Of a DNA stretch of 64,000 nucleotides, positions 35,307 to 43,730 are shown piece after piece (the stretch's first letter is position 1; each line of letters opens with the position of its first letter). The notes under the pieces are model-generated. The model was not told the origin of the DNA. It worked only from the letters and a program-made list of their open reading frames with translations, and did not search any database. This DNA is from a candidate division CPR3 bacterium 4484_211 (GTDB lineage Bacteria; Patescibacteriota; 4484-211). A program made the translations under genes and the position numbers. The DNA lies in NCBI GenBank assembly GCA_002084955.1, contig MZGJ01000004.1:3155-67154 (forward strand), read 5' to 3'.

Positions 35307-35362
35307 GGGTAAGATGAGCGCTAGGCGGTTATTTCCTTGACTTCCCGTTTTTAAGAGAATTC

Positions 35363-36253
35363 TTATGGACTTTTATAGACTTGCTTGACCACCCAGGAGA
35401 ATCCTCTTGGCCCGATTTGCGGTACAGAGATAATTCTGGGAAATTTTGACAATAAGTTTTTACCATTTTGATCTTGGACATTGTATCCCTTGTCAACTGC
35501 ATGAAGCATTTCTAAATCATTCTCACCATCACCGACGCCAATAGTTTTTATGCGCGTCTTGTGTGTTTTTACAAAGATTTGTGTAAATTTTTTAACAGCT
35601 TTTCCTTTATCGCAACCCTTTAATACATGATAGAATAATCCTCCTTTTAATACGGTATGGCCCCTAGCTTGCAATTCAGATATGACTTCATTTTTGATTT
35701 CCCCTTTTATATCCACATTCTTTTTGAATTGAAAGGCAACATCAAAATACTTTTGGGGTGAACATCCCTCTCGTATTTGTTCTACTGTCCAATGAGGAAA
35801 GTACGGTTGCAATGAGATTATTTCCTCGCTAGATTGGGGCATATCAGGGGAAATTATAAAATAGTTGGGCAATCCATATTTTTGTGAGATTTTATTTTCT
35901 ATATTGTCTAGGTCTCGTAATATTTTATTTCTTTGGACTCCTAAGCAAATGAGTAACCCTTCTGGAATCTCGATGTGTCGATGGGGTACCTGCTTAAATT
36001 TATTTTGGTATTTTTGGGGTATAACGATGCCGCCACCGTTTTCGCAGATAAAAGGCACGTTAAGTTTCATTCTTTGTAAAAGTGTGTAAATGGCACCGGC
36101 CGGTTTGCTAGAGACTGGGACTATTAGGTCGCTATGCCTTTTTATTGTCGTTACAGCCTTCTCACTTTTATGAAAGTTCATTTTTTGATCAACAAGCGTC
36201 CCATCGATATCTGTGAAAAAAAGTTTTTTGGTGGTATTATTTTGGAAATCCAT
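35363..36253 (-). CDS. HAD-IIB family sugar-phosphate phosphatase (Cof / mannosyl-3-phosphoglycerate phosphatase-like)
   Basis: Motif I FFTDIDGTLVD; motif IV GVGDGENDLEM. Start taken as the internal Met (MDFQ...), since the track ORF overlaps the upstream gene by 125 nt. Confidence 0.6.
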   Translation of the reverse strand: MDFQNNTTKKLFFTDIDGTLVDQKMNFHKSEKAVTTIKRHSDLIVPVSSKPAGAIYTLLQRMKLNVPFICENGGGIVIPQKYQNKFKQVPHRHIEIPEGLLICLGVQRNKILRDLDNIENKISQKYGLPNYFIISPDMPQSSEEIISLQPYFPHWTVEQIREGCSPQKYFDVAFQFKKNVDIKGEIKNEVISELQARGHTVLKGGLFYHVLKGCDKGKAVKKFTQIFVKTHKTRIKTIGVGDGENDLEMLHAVDKGYNVQDQNGKNLLSKFPRIISVPQIGPRGFSWVVKQVYKSP

Positions 36254-37352
36254 TTTTTTCAGGTAAGTTGAAATATGCGGAAAGACCAAGTCTGCGAATA
36301 CGTTGAATAACTGGTTCATAAAATGGGGCCGCTCTCTTAGCGGCGTTAGAAATGTATTCATCAGTAGCTGGGTGTCTGAGGCATTCCCATGGCTTGAAGT
36401 GAAACTTTTCTTTTCTTGGGTCTAATCTTTGATGCTGTGTAAATATTGGATAACGTCGCTTAATCAAGTCTTTTACCTTCTGGTTCCGTTTGGTGTCTTT
36501 GGTTTTGTATAGTGTTTGTTGAATTTTCCAAAAAATGTCACTCTTTTCAACTTTATAGAAGTCGTTAAGCATTGCAATCGCACAGTGGCGATCGGTTTTG
36601 ATATAAGCATTCTTATTTTCGTCAGTAATGCTAATAGGGCTTTCCTCGCTGGCAGTAGCCAGCCAATAACCGCGACCGTTTTGGTAGGCTAGTGAAAAGC
36701 CGCATCTAGCTAATTTAAGACTGAAAGTAGTTGCGTCACCCCATTGGGGCACGCCGGGATTTCTTCCGACGTAGTCCTCAATAGTTTTTAATGTTGCTAC
36801 TGCCATTCCGTTTACTGATGAGGACAAGGTAATGTCACAATATTGGGGAAATCTTGTGGCTTCTAGTTCTACTCGCGGCTTGAAGGGCTTTCCGTTGTTA
36901 AGGGATGGAAGCCCGAGTAATCCTAATTTATATTTTATTAAGTTTTCTATCATATATTTTGTAAAGCCATATTGTATTATGGCCACGTCCGCATCTCTGT
37001 GTATCAAGATATCTCCTGTTGCCAAGTCTTTCAGTTGGGTTCTAGCCTCTGGTAGGTTAAATTTATCTGTATAGTTTTCTACAAATTTGACATTCTGCCA
37101 TTTGTCAGAGACGCCTTCTAAGAAGGAGAGAGAGTTGGCAATCCTTTCTCCAATAACCTTGGCTTTCTTGGCAAATCCCCTATATTGGCTACAGAAGAAA
37201 ATACACTCAATAAGATCGGACGGAAAGTCTTCCTGGAGGAATTCCGCTAGCCGCTTCCACCACCGATGGTGGTCAAATGTGGTGGGTATTAGCCAGGAAA
37301 CTAGCGGTCTGGGTTTTTCTGTCTTGTAAGATTTATTTGCTTCAATTGTCAT
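36237..37352 (-). CDS. Putative GT-A fold glycosyltransferase
   Basis: PLVSWLIPTTFDHHRW (cf. the GT2 N-terminal xSVVIPTYN strand) and a DxD-like ILIHRDADVAII; 371 aa. Immediately upstream of the HAD phosphatase, with overlapping stop/start. Confidence 0.35.
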   Translation of the reverse strand: MTIEANKSYKTEKPRPLVSWLIPTTFDHHRWWKRLAEFLQEDFPSDLIECIFFCSQYRGFAKKAKVIGERIANSLSFLEGVSDKWQNVKFVENYTDKFNLPEARTQLKDLATGDILIHRDADVAIIQYGFTKYMIENLIKYKLGLLGLPSLNNGKPFKPRVELEATRFPQYCDITLSSSVNGMAVATLKTIEDYVGRNPGVPQWGDATTFSLKLARCGFSLAYQNGRGYWLATASEESPISITDENKNAYIKTDRHCAIAMLNDFYKVEKSDIFWKIQQTLYKTKDTKRNQKVKDLIKRRYPIFTQHQRLDPRKEKFHFKPWECLRHPATDEYISNAAKRAAPFYEPVIQRIRRLGLSAYFNLPEKNGFPK

Positions 37353-37992
37353 AGATAATCTTTTTAAAGTCGTACCAATTGCAGTTGCGTTCCGGGTTTT
37401 GCTGCTTCCCGTTGTTTCTTTTGGGCATTAGGCAGTTTAGGAAGGAGGAGTAAGGATTGGTCTAATTATTTCACCAAAATACTAGGAATCGGAAATTTTC
37501 ACTCCTCTCCCCTACCCTGCCCCGAACCGAATCTGTGAAAGAACAGGTCGGTTCGGGTTTGAGCCCCCGAGGAGAGCGGGGATGAAGAAGCCCAAGAATT
37601 GGGAAAAATTTGCCTCCTCGGGAACCGGGCGCTATCCCTTAGTTGGATTCGGAAAAATGAAAAATCTCCCGTTCTCCAACTAGACCCTGAACTGAACTTG
37701 TTCTAGTTTAGGGCCAAAATATTAAGTTGTAAAAAAACTTTAATTTCTGTTTTTTCCGTTATCTACATTAGCTCTATGCCGACTCGCTCCGCCAAAGGCG
37801 GGGTCTGTTATCGTGGCTAAAATCTAAAATATTGAATTGCAAAAAGGTTTGGTTTTCATTACTAAACTCTCTCTATTGTTCTTTGTAGCTTTCCGAAACT
37901 TACATCTGTCTCTATTAAAGCCGCGATGGACTAACTCAACCAGTAAAAAGTTTGCCAGTCGGATCTCTTTTCAACAGTATCGCCCAAAAAAA

Positions 37993-38030
37993 CAGCCTCC
38001 CCTTTTTGGGAGGCTTCCTGCTTTCTTTTC
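37993..38030. terminator. Bidirectional-looking intrinsic terminator hairpin AGCCTCCC-cttttt-GGGAGGCT
   Basis: 8-bp GC-rich stem. The minus strand is followed by UUUUUUU, the plus strand by a U-rich CUUUCUUUUCUAUUCUUUUUUU. Lies ~250 nt downstream of the 38273..38683 gene. Confidence 0.4.
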
Positions 38031-38272
38031 TATTCTTTTTTTATTTTTTAGTCTTTATTTTAAATCAATAAGAAACCTCCCCTTACCATTAAAAGCTCCA
38101 TACAAGGAGCATGAAAATAATGGTAAAGAGGATGGCAAAACACGCCACCGTCCTCTTTTGGGAGGAGATTAAATACTTATCTGTCAATTCTAGAGTGTAA
38201 ACTTCCGCAGGCATTTTCCTTATTAAGAATATGTGAACTTATATACCATAGCCTGTCAACTCCTGTCAATAA

Positions 38273-38683
38273 CTATAGGTCGAGATCAATTTGGGGAGCT
38301 TCGTCGAGGTTCGAGAATTCAGCTTCGTCAAACAACGCACCAATAGCTCCCAGCTCATTGTTTTCTTCTGAAGCGGCCACGGTGGGTTCGGTAAAAAATG
38401 ACTTGAGTTCCTCGGCGGCTATTGTAGGAACGGTCGTAGGAGTAGGGCTGGCGGTCGGTGTTGGCGCGGGTGTGGGAGTAGTCGTGGTGATACTTTCCAG
38501 ATGGTCATTTTGCTGTTGCCCATACAAATAGACTAGGGTGGTGGTGAGAATAGCCAGTAACAAGATGATAAATAACAATTTGATGCTGCTTGGATGCGAA
38601 CTGGGTTTAACGAAAGGATTATCAGAGTTTTTTGCTTGCGCATCAGTACTGGTTTGCGTGTTGATATTATTGAATTCGTTCAT
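38273..38683 (-). CDS. Hypothetical secreted/membrane-anchored protein with Thr/Pro-rich segment
   Basis: TM LLFIILLLAILTTTLVYLYG then TTTPTPAPTPTASPTPTTVPT; 136 aa. Confidence 0.35.
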   Translation of the reverse strand: MNEFNNINTQTSTDAQAKNSDNPFVKPSSHPSSIKLLFIILLLAILTTTLVYLYGQQQNDHLESITTTTPTPAPTPTASPTPTTVPTIAAEELKSFFTEPTVAASEENNELGAIGALFDEAEFSNLDEAPQIDLDL

Positions 38684-38765
38684 TGGATGGGTATTAGGCT
38701 CTATCTAGGCTTTAGGTTTTTAGGATTTTCATTGTTTATTCTAGTATCCAACCACCTGTTATCTG

Positions 38766-40010
38766 TCACCTAATGCTTAGACTCGCTTCTACTCCTCCCG
38801 GCAGTACCTTTTTCCACTCATTGCTTCCTCCAATTTGGTAGGTTAAATTGCCCTTTAGCAATACTTTACCTGTGCCTTTGGCAGTTATATCTAATCCGGA
38901 TCCGTTAATAATAACAATTATATTCGAGCCGGTGACTGAAATGGTGCCAATTCCTGTATATTTTACCTCGTTATTCCCTATCTCTTCTTTGTGCCCTTGG
39001 CCGTTGGTGTCAACTTGGGCATCGCCGTTTTGGTCAATAATGGTTAGCGATCCTCCGCCGGCCGGGTCAACTGTTCCTGTTACCGAGCCGTTGCCGAGGG
39101 CGGCCATTTTACCGCTGCCTTTTGTGTGGATTACTCCGGTTCCGGCAAAGACCTTTATTTGTTTGTGCCGGTATTTAGTTAACTTTCTTGCTATTGCGGT
39201 CAAATCTCGATGAGCTTCCCGTAGCAATTGGTTGACTTGTTTTATCTGTTGATGAACTTCGGAAAAAGATAAGTTGTTGCCAGAGTCAGCTAGGCCATTG
39301 CATTTTTCTTGGACGGCATTTAGCTCTTCTCTTGCCTGAGAAATTTTGGTTCTGAAATTGGCAATCTCTTTTAGTAACTCGTCAATATCTTGGTCTTCTG
39401 CCTGTAGGCTTTTAATTTTTTCTTCTAATCGGTTGGCGGTGTTTTCTAGTCTGGTGAGAATATTTTCCACCTTGGCCTGGAGTATTTGGCAGGACCATTT
39501 TCTGGCCCGGAGCCGATTTTTTAACCAGTAATCCTTTAAAGTACGGGCATTTTCTTTAGCTGTCCCCAGGTCGGGGACGGAAGTAAAAGAGTGTTTTTGT
39601 TTCTGCAAATAGTTGATGTCGGTCTGAATTTCGGCTATTAAAGCTTGCTTTTCTTCGCTAGAGAGGGCTGAAGAATTTTCTATCCTTTTTTGGGCAGTTT
39701 CCAGGTAGGAAATCATGGTATCTATGGCGCTAGGAAAGTAAGTCTGGATCTTTTTCAAGAATAGATTGGAATTGGCGGCATTTTGGGCTTGTAAATATCT
39801 TTGTCGGGCAGTTACGAAATCGTCCTTTATTTGTTGATAGCTGCTCAGAACTTGGAGGTACTGTTTTTTTTGAGCTTGGTACTGTCCTGTTAAGTGTTGG
39901 TTGAGTTCAAAGGGTGATAATGCCTGTGGCTCTTGTGGAGAAAGCCAAACTAGAAACGGAGTCAGTAGGAATACAGATGTAAGCGCAACTTTAAAAATCT
40001 TTTTTTTCAT
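38766..40010 (-). CDS. Hypothetical secreted protein: signal peptide, long coiled coil, Gly-rich beta C-terminal domain
   Basis: Start taken at MKKKIFKVALTSVFLLTPFLVWL (signal-like). C-terminus GTGVIHTKGSGK...GSVTGTVDPAGGGSLTIIDQNGD...ISVTGSNIIVIINGSGLDITAKGTGKVLLKGNL. Confidence 0.4.
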   Translation of the reverse strand: MKKKIFKVALTSVFLLTPFLVWLSPQEPQALSPFELNQHLTGQYQAQKKQYLQVLSSYQQIKDDFVTARQRYLQAQNAANSNLFLKKIQTYFPSAIDTMISYLETAQKRIENSSALSSEEKQALIAEIQTDINYLQKQKHSFTSVPDLGTAKENARTLKDYWLKNRLRARKWSCQILQAKVENILTRLENTANRLEEKIKSLQAEDQDIDELLKEIANFRTKISQAREELNAVQEKCNGLADSGNNLSFSEVHQQIKQVNQLLREAHRDLTAIARKLTKYRHKQIKVFAGTGVIHTKGSGKMAALGNGSVTGTVDPAGGGSLTIIDQNGDAQVDTNGQGHKEEIGNNEVKYTGIGTISVTGSNIIVIINGSGLDITAKGTGKVLLKGNLTYQIGGSNEWKKVLPGGVEASLSIR

Positions 40011-40062
40011 CGTTATGCAAAGTCTGTAAAAGCACCACTCTTCAGGTTGAGAGGTAAAACAC

Positions 40063-40602
40063 TCATCTTCTGTCTTGACCAAAATAGGTTGTCTTTCTTA
40101 CGCGGCGTTTTGCTCTTTTTAGTTGTTTTAGTAGTTGTTTTAGTTGTTTTGGATTTCTCGGCAAAGCCGGCTCTTGATTTTTTGAATTCAATTCTCTTTC
40201 CCTTTGCAATATTGCGGGTGAAGTTGCTGCCTTTTCAAATTCTCCCGGGGTTAGTTCTGCTGCGGCTAGCGCATCTTGGACAGATCTCGCTTCTTCCAAA
40301 AGATCACCCCTGCCCTGCTGTTTGGCTGGGCTGCTGTCTCCTGAGATTTCTTCGAAGCCTTCTTGGACTTCTTCCGGCAATTTTCTTCTCCCTGGTTTTT
40401 CCCTCCCCTTGGGGATTCCAGAAGGGGTACCTCTTTTCCTAGTTCCCCTTGTTTTAGCACCGCCATAGAAATCTGTCTGCCTTTTAGGTTCGGTTTTTCC
40501 GGGAGGAGGGTTCCTAAACCTGTTTGCTTGCTCATCGCGTCGATCGAACCACTCCTCTACTCCTGGATCTTCTGAAAGTGGACGAATTTTTCCTACAGTC
40601 AT
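40063..40602 (-). CDS. Hypothetical highly charged/disordered protein
   Basis: 179 aa, R/K/E/P-rich with no motif; overlaps the downstream gene start. Coding status uncertain. Confidence 0.25.
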   Translation of the reverse strand: MTVGKIRPLSEDPGVEEWFDRRDEQANRFRNPPPGKTEPKRQTDFYGGAKTRGTRKRGTPSGIPKGREKPGRRKLPEEVQEGFEEISGDSSPAKQQGRGDLLEEARSVQDALAAAELTPGEFEKAATSPAILQRERELNSKNQEPALPRNPKQLKQLLKQLKRAKRRVRKTTYFGQDRR

Positions 40603-40650
40603 GTGTTATAAAGCCTATCTGTGCGCTGGTTGAAGGCTTAATTTATATCT

Positions 40651-41076
40651 CTAGCCTATCTGCTCTTTGGCCATGTCACCAATTATTGGCAGTTTCCATT
40701 CTTCGTTATTGTAGGCTTTGTAGATTAATACGATCCACAGGGCAAAAGCGGCTAGGTTAAGCGGTATAGACAGCAAACCCAAAAAGTCAAAGAAGCTCAA
40801 GGCAACAGAAATCACAAAGACTGCTATTCCCAAGATGGTTGATTGCATGGCGTGAAAACGGACAAATTTATCTTCGGGTTCAATAAGTAAAAAGACAATT
40901 CCGGTAACTGGTCCTAAAACGTAGGCTAGAGCTCCGGCGATATTAGACTGCAAACCAGTGCCAGATTTTTTTGGCTGAGGACTGGCTTCTTCTGATATTG
41001 GTGTAGATTCCTGCGTTGGTTGGTCTGTTTGGGAAGACTGCGTTTGTTCTGTTTGTTGGTAATTTTCTTCTTGCAT
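40651..41076 (-). CDS. DUF4870-like small membrane protein
   Basis: ALAYVLGPVTGIVFLLIEPEDKFVRFHAMQS matches the conserved xGWITxIIFLxxEKxNxFVRFHAxQS core of that family. Q/T-rich N-terminus. Confidence 0.5.
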   Translation of the reverse strand: MQEENYQQTEQTQSSQTDQPTQESTPISEEASPQPKKSGTGLQSNIAGALAYVLGPVTGIVFLLIEPEDKFVRFHAMQSTILGIAVFVISVALSFFDFLGLLSIPLNLAAFALWIVLIYKAYNNEEWKLPIIGDMAKEQIG

Positions 41077-41291
41077 TATCCTTCACCCCCTTCTTAATGA
41101 TCCCGATATCGCATCGGGAGAACTAGAGCCTGCCTGCTGCCATGACGGCGACACAACTTCGCTAAGCTCTAAAGGCTGAGACGGCTCAGTGGGCATACTA
41201 AAAGCGATCTAAGATAACTTTAATTTAATCCTATTCTAGCTTCTTATTTTTGTCAATGGCAATTGGAGGACGTGTTAAGTGCTGGAGCGGC

Positions 41292-41367
41292 GGAGGGGTC
41301 TCGAACCCCCGACCTTTTGCTTGGCAAGCAAATGTTCTGCCAACTGAACTACCGCCGCAAGCTACTA
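41292..41367 (-). tRNA. tRNA-Gly (anticodon GCC), CCA encoded
   Basis: GCGGCGGUAGUUCAGUUGGCAGAACAUUUGCUUGCCAAGCAAAAGGUCGGGGGUUCGAGACCCCUCCGCCGCUCCA. Confidence 0.85.
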
Positions 41368-41395
41368 ATTTATTATACCAGACTTGGTGGGTTCG

Positions 41396-41472
41396 GTAGG
41401 GCTTGAACCTACGACCTTCTGGGTGTAAACCAGACGCTCTAGCCAGCTGAGCTACGAACCCTATAACATTGT
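41396..41472 (-). tRNA. tRNA-Val (anticodon UAC), CCA encoded
   Basis: GGGUUCGUAGCUCAGCUGGCUAGAGCGUCUGGUUUACACCCAGAAGGUCGUAGGUUCAAGCCCUACCGAACCCACCA. Confidence 0.85.
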
Positions 41473-41530
41473 TGCTGATTGGCAAGAATTGTACCAAAAA
41501 ATTGGCTTGTGGTAAAATAAATCGGTAAGT

Positions 41531-41602
41531 GCTCCGTTAGCTCAGTGGTAGAGCAGTGGTCTCTTAAACCATTGGTCGTAGGTTCGAATCCTACACGGAG
41601 CA
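41531..41602 (+). tRNA. tRNA-Lys (anticodon CUU), 3' CCA not encoded
   Basis: GCUCCGUUAGCUCAGUGGUAGAGCAGUGGUCUCUUAAACCAUUGGUCGUAGGUUCGAAUCCUACACGGAGCA followed by CUUCCA. Confidence 0.8.
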
Positions 41603-41610
41603 CTTCCAAA

Positions 41611-41634
41611 CAGTACCCGGTACTTCATGAGGCC
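41611..41634 (-). repeat. REP copy D (reverse orientation), 5' flank of the RAYT gene
   Basis: CAGTACCCGGTACTTCATGAGGCC is the exact reverse complement of the REP consensus. 9 nt after tRNA-Lys, 20 nt before the RAYT start. Confidence 0.8.
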
Positions 41635-41654
41635 TACGGTGCAAGGAATAAACG

Positions 41655-42422
41655 ATGGCGCGACAGTTGGGTCTTTACACGGATAATTTTTATCATATTT
41701 TTAACAGGGGAGCGTTAAAACGGGAGATTTTTTTGGATGATGGGGATTATTTTAGGTGGGTTAAGTTGATGTACTGGTGTTTACGCTACAATTATTCCCT
41801 TAGTAAATTTCTAAGTCGAGTTGATTTCATGCGCAGGACTGGCGAGGATTCTGGTCAGGTGGAGAAGGAAATCGCCAAATTCTATTCATTACCTCAGAGA
41901 CCTGTTGAGATGATTGCTTGGGTTTTAATGCCCAATCACTTTCACCTTGTGCTAAAGCAGCTTGTGGAGGCAGGCATTTCTAGTTTTATGCATCGCCTTA
42001 CCAGTTCGTATTCTCATTATTTTAATCGCAAATATGAAGGGACAGGGACTCTTTTCCAGGGTCGGTTTCGGGCCGTTCTTGTTGATACGGAGGAACAGTT
42101 CTTGCACCTTTGTCGATACGTTCATATTAATCCGTTATCGGCCGGGCTAGCAAGCAGGCAGACTTTGCCAGACTACTCTTGGTCTTCTTTCCGGTATTAT
42201 ATGATGGGAAAAGATGACTTGGTAACTACGAGAGAATATCTTGAGAGTTATTTTCCTTCGATACGTTTGTTAGGGGAATTTACCTTGGCGGGTTCTGTTA
42301 ATCAAGAGGCCTATTTAATTGAAGGATTAACAATTGATGACGATTTTGGATGGTATGAAGAGAAACGCGCTTGTGAGAAAATACGGCGCGACAATTTGAT
42401 AGAGGAAGTGTTTAAGGCCTAG
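41655..42422 (+). CDS. REP-associated tyrosine transposase (RAYT; IS200/IS605 TnpA-like HuH Y1 transposase)
   Basis: YHIFNRGALKREIFLDD (N-terminal motif), HuH MPNHFHLVL, catalytic-Tyr region SYSHYFNRKYEGTGTLFQGRF, YVHINP. 255 aa, longer than IS200 TnpA, as RAYTs are. Confidence 0.7.
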   Translation: MARQLGLYTDNFYHIFNRGALKREIFLDDGDYFRWVKLMYWCLRYNYSLSKFLSRVDFMRRTGEDSGQVEKEIAKFYSLPQRPVEMIAWVLMPNHFHLVLKQLVEAGISSFMHRLTSSYSHYFNRKYEGTGTLFQGRFRAVLVDTEEQFLHLCRYVHINPLSAGLASRQTLPDYSWSSFRYYMMGKDDLVTTREYLESYFPSIRLLGEFTLAGSVNQEAYLIEGLTIDDDFGWYEEKRACEKIRRDNLIEEVFKA

Positions 42423-42432
42423 TGGCAGTGAC

Positions 42433-42451
42433 ATGAAGTGCCGGGTACTGC
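42433..42451 (+). repeat. REP copy E (direct orientation, 1 mismatch: CATGAAGTGCCGGGTACTG), 3' flank of the RAYT gene
   Basis: 11 nt after the RAYT stop; inverted relative to copy D. Confidence 0.7.
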
Positions 42452-42457
42452 TCTGGC

Positions 42458-43663
42458 TTGGTGGGTATGAGGTATTTTATTAAAACTTTCGGGTGTCAGA
42501 TGAATATGGCGGATTCGGAAAGGTTGGCGGCGATGCTGGAGGGCCGCGGTTTGAAACGGGCGGAGAATATTAGAGATGCTGATTACATAGTTATTAATAC
42601 CTGCATGGTTCGTCAGAGCGCCGAAAACCGTATTTATGGATTGGTAAATAACCTTGGCAGGCAACGAGCGGCAATGAAGAAACCTCAAAAGATTGTTCTT
42701 ACCGGTTGTTTGGTGGGAGTGGCTCTGGGAGATCGAACTGGCAAGATGTTGAAACTTTTTAAAAAAAGGATGCCGGCGGTTGATGAGTTTTTGCCTATAC
42801 AGGAAGTAGGCTTTGATTATGTTCCGAAGCGCTCCCATCGTAGACATGCCTGGGTGCCTATTTCCAACGGGTGCAATAATTTCTGTTCTTATTGCGTGGT
42901 CCCCTACGCCCGCGGGAGAGAGATTTCACGGCCGTTTGCCGATATCTTTAGAGAATGCCGGATACTTAAAAAGCAGGGGTATCAAGAAGTTACCCTGCTG
43001 GGTCAGAATGTGAATTCCTATGGGAATGATTTGATGAAAGATCCCAAATTTCAAGCACCGAATTCTAAACAAATTCAAGATACCAATGATCAAGATCCCA
43101 AACACAAAGAAAGTTGTAAACATTTAAATTTAGATTGTTTAGAATTGGTCGGAAATTACGACTTGGGGTTTGAGATTTCTCACGTCTTTACTTTATTCCC
43201 ATATCTTCTTAAAGCGGTAGCTGAGCTAGGATTTGAGAGGGTTAATTTCATTTCTTCCAATCCCTGGGATTTTTCGGAGGAATTAATAGAGGTGATTGCA
43301 GGCAACGCAAATATTAGCCGACAAATTCATTTGCCAGTACAGTCGGGGGATAATCAGATATTAAAAAGAATGAATCGTCCCTATACAAGAGAAGAGTATG
43401 TTAAGTTAATTGAGCGGATAAGGCAAAGAATACCTGGGGTTTGTTTTTCCACGGATATTATTGTGGGTTTTCCCGGTGAGACTGAACAAGCTTTTCAAAA
43501 TACGGTAAATTTGTGTCAACAGGTTGGTTTTAAAAAGGCTTATATTGCCATGTACTCCCCCCGCCCCCTAACTGCTGCCAGCCGTCTTTACAAGGACGAT
43601 GTGCCGCACCTGGAGAAAAGAAGAAGATGGAGAGTTTTGGAGCAGCTCATTAACAGGAAGTAA
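42458..43663 (+). CDS. MiaB/RimO-family radical-SAM methylthiotransferase
   Basis: UPF0004 N-domain FIKTFGCQMNMADSE...NTCMV; radical SAM CNNFCSYCVVPYARG. Contains a low-complexity insertion (KDPKFQAPNSKQIQDTNDQDPKHKE). Confidence 0.7.
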   Translation: MVGMRYFIKTFGCQMNMADSERLAAMLEGRGLKRAENIRDADYIVINTCMVRQSAENRIYGLVNNLGRQRAAMKKPQKIVLTGCLVGVALGDRTGKMLKLFKKRMPAVDEFLPIQEVGFDYVPKRSHRRHAWVPISNGCNNFCSYCVVPYARGREISRPFADIFRECRILKKQGYQEVTLLGQNVNSYGNDLMKDPKFQAPNSKQIQDTNDQDPKHKESCKHLNLDCLELVGNYDLGFEISHVFTLFPYLLKAVAELGFERVNFISSNPWDFSEELIEVIAGNANISRQIHLPVQSGDNQILKRMNRPYTREEYVKLIERIRQRIPGVCFSTDIIVGFPGETEQAFQNTVNLCQQVGFKKAYIAMYSPRPLTAASRLYKDDVPHLEKRRRWRVLEQLINRK

Positions 43664-43730
43664 ACAGGATGCGGTTATTTTTTAACCTGTTAGTCAGTTG
43701 GTCTGTTACGAACTTAATAACTTTGGCAGT

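Larger units (their letters stand above)
41611..42451 (+). mobile_element. REP-RAYT-REP unit (REPtron-like): tyrosine HuH transposase gene flanked by inverted REP copies
   Basis: Inverted REP D (41611..41634) and REP E (42433..42451) bracket the 255-aa IS200/RAYT-like ORF. Confidence 0.65.

Noticed and set aside
37837-38172. 111-aa plus-strand ORF in the long intergenic stretch
   Set aside because: Low-complexity (LFF/SLL runs), spans the terminator hairpin at 37993..38030, and has no SD or start context. Treated as noncoding.
40063-40602. 179-aa highly charged ORF as a nucleic-acid-binding protein
   Set aside because: No motif is recognisable; the composition (R/K/E/P) could also arise from a non-coding GC-skewed stretch. 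Kept only as a low-confidence hypothetical.
41231-41497. 88-aa minus-strand ORF
   Set aside because: Entirely overlaps tRNA-Gly(GCC) and tRNA-Val(UAC); its 'protein' is the translation of tRNA sequence. Spurious.
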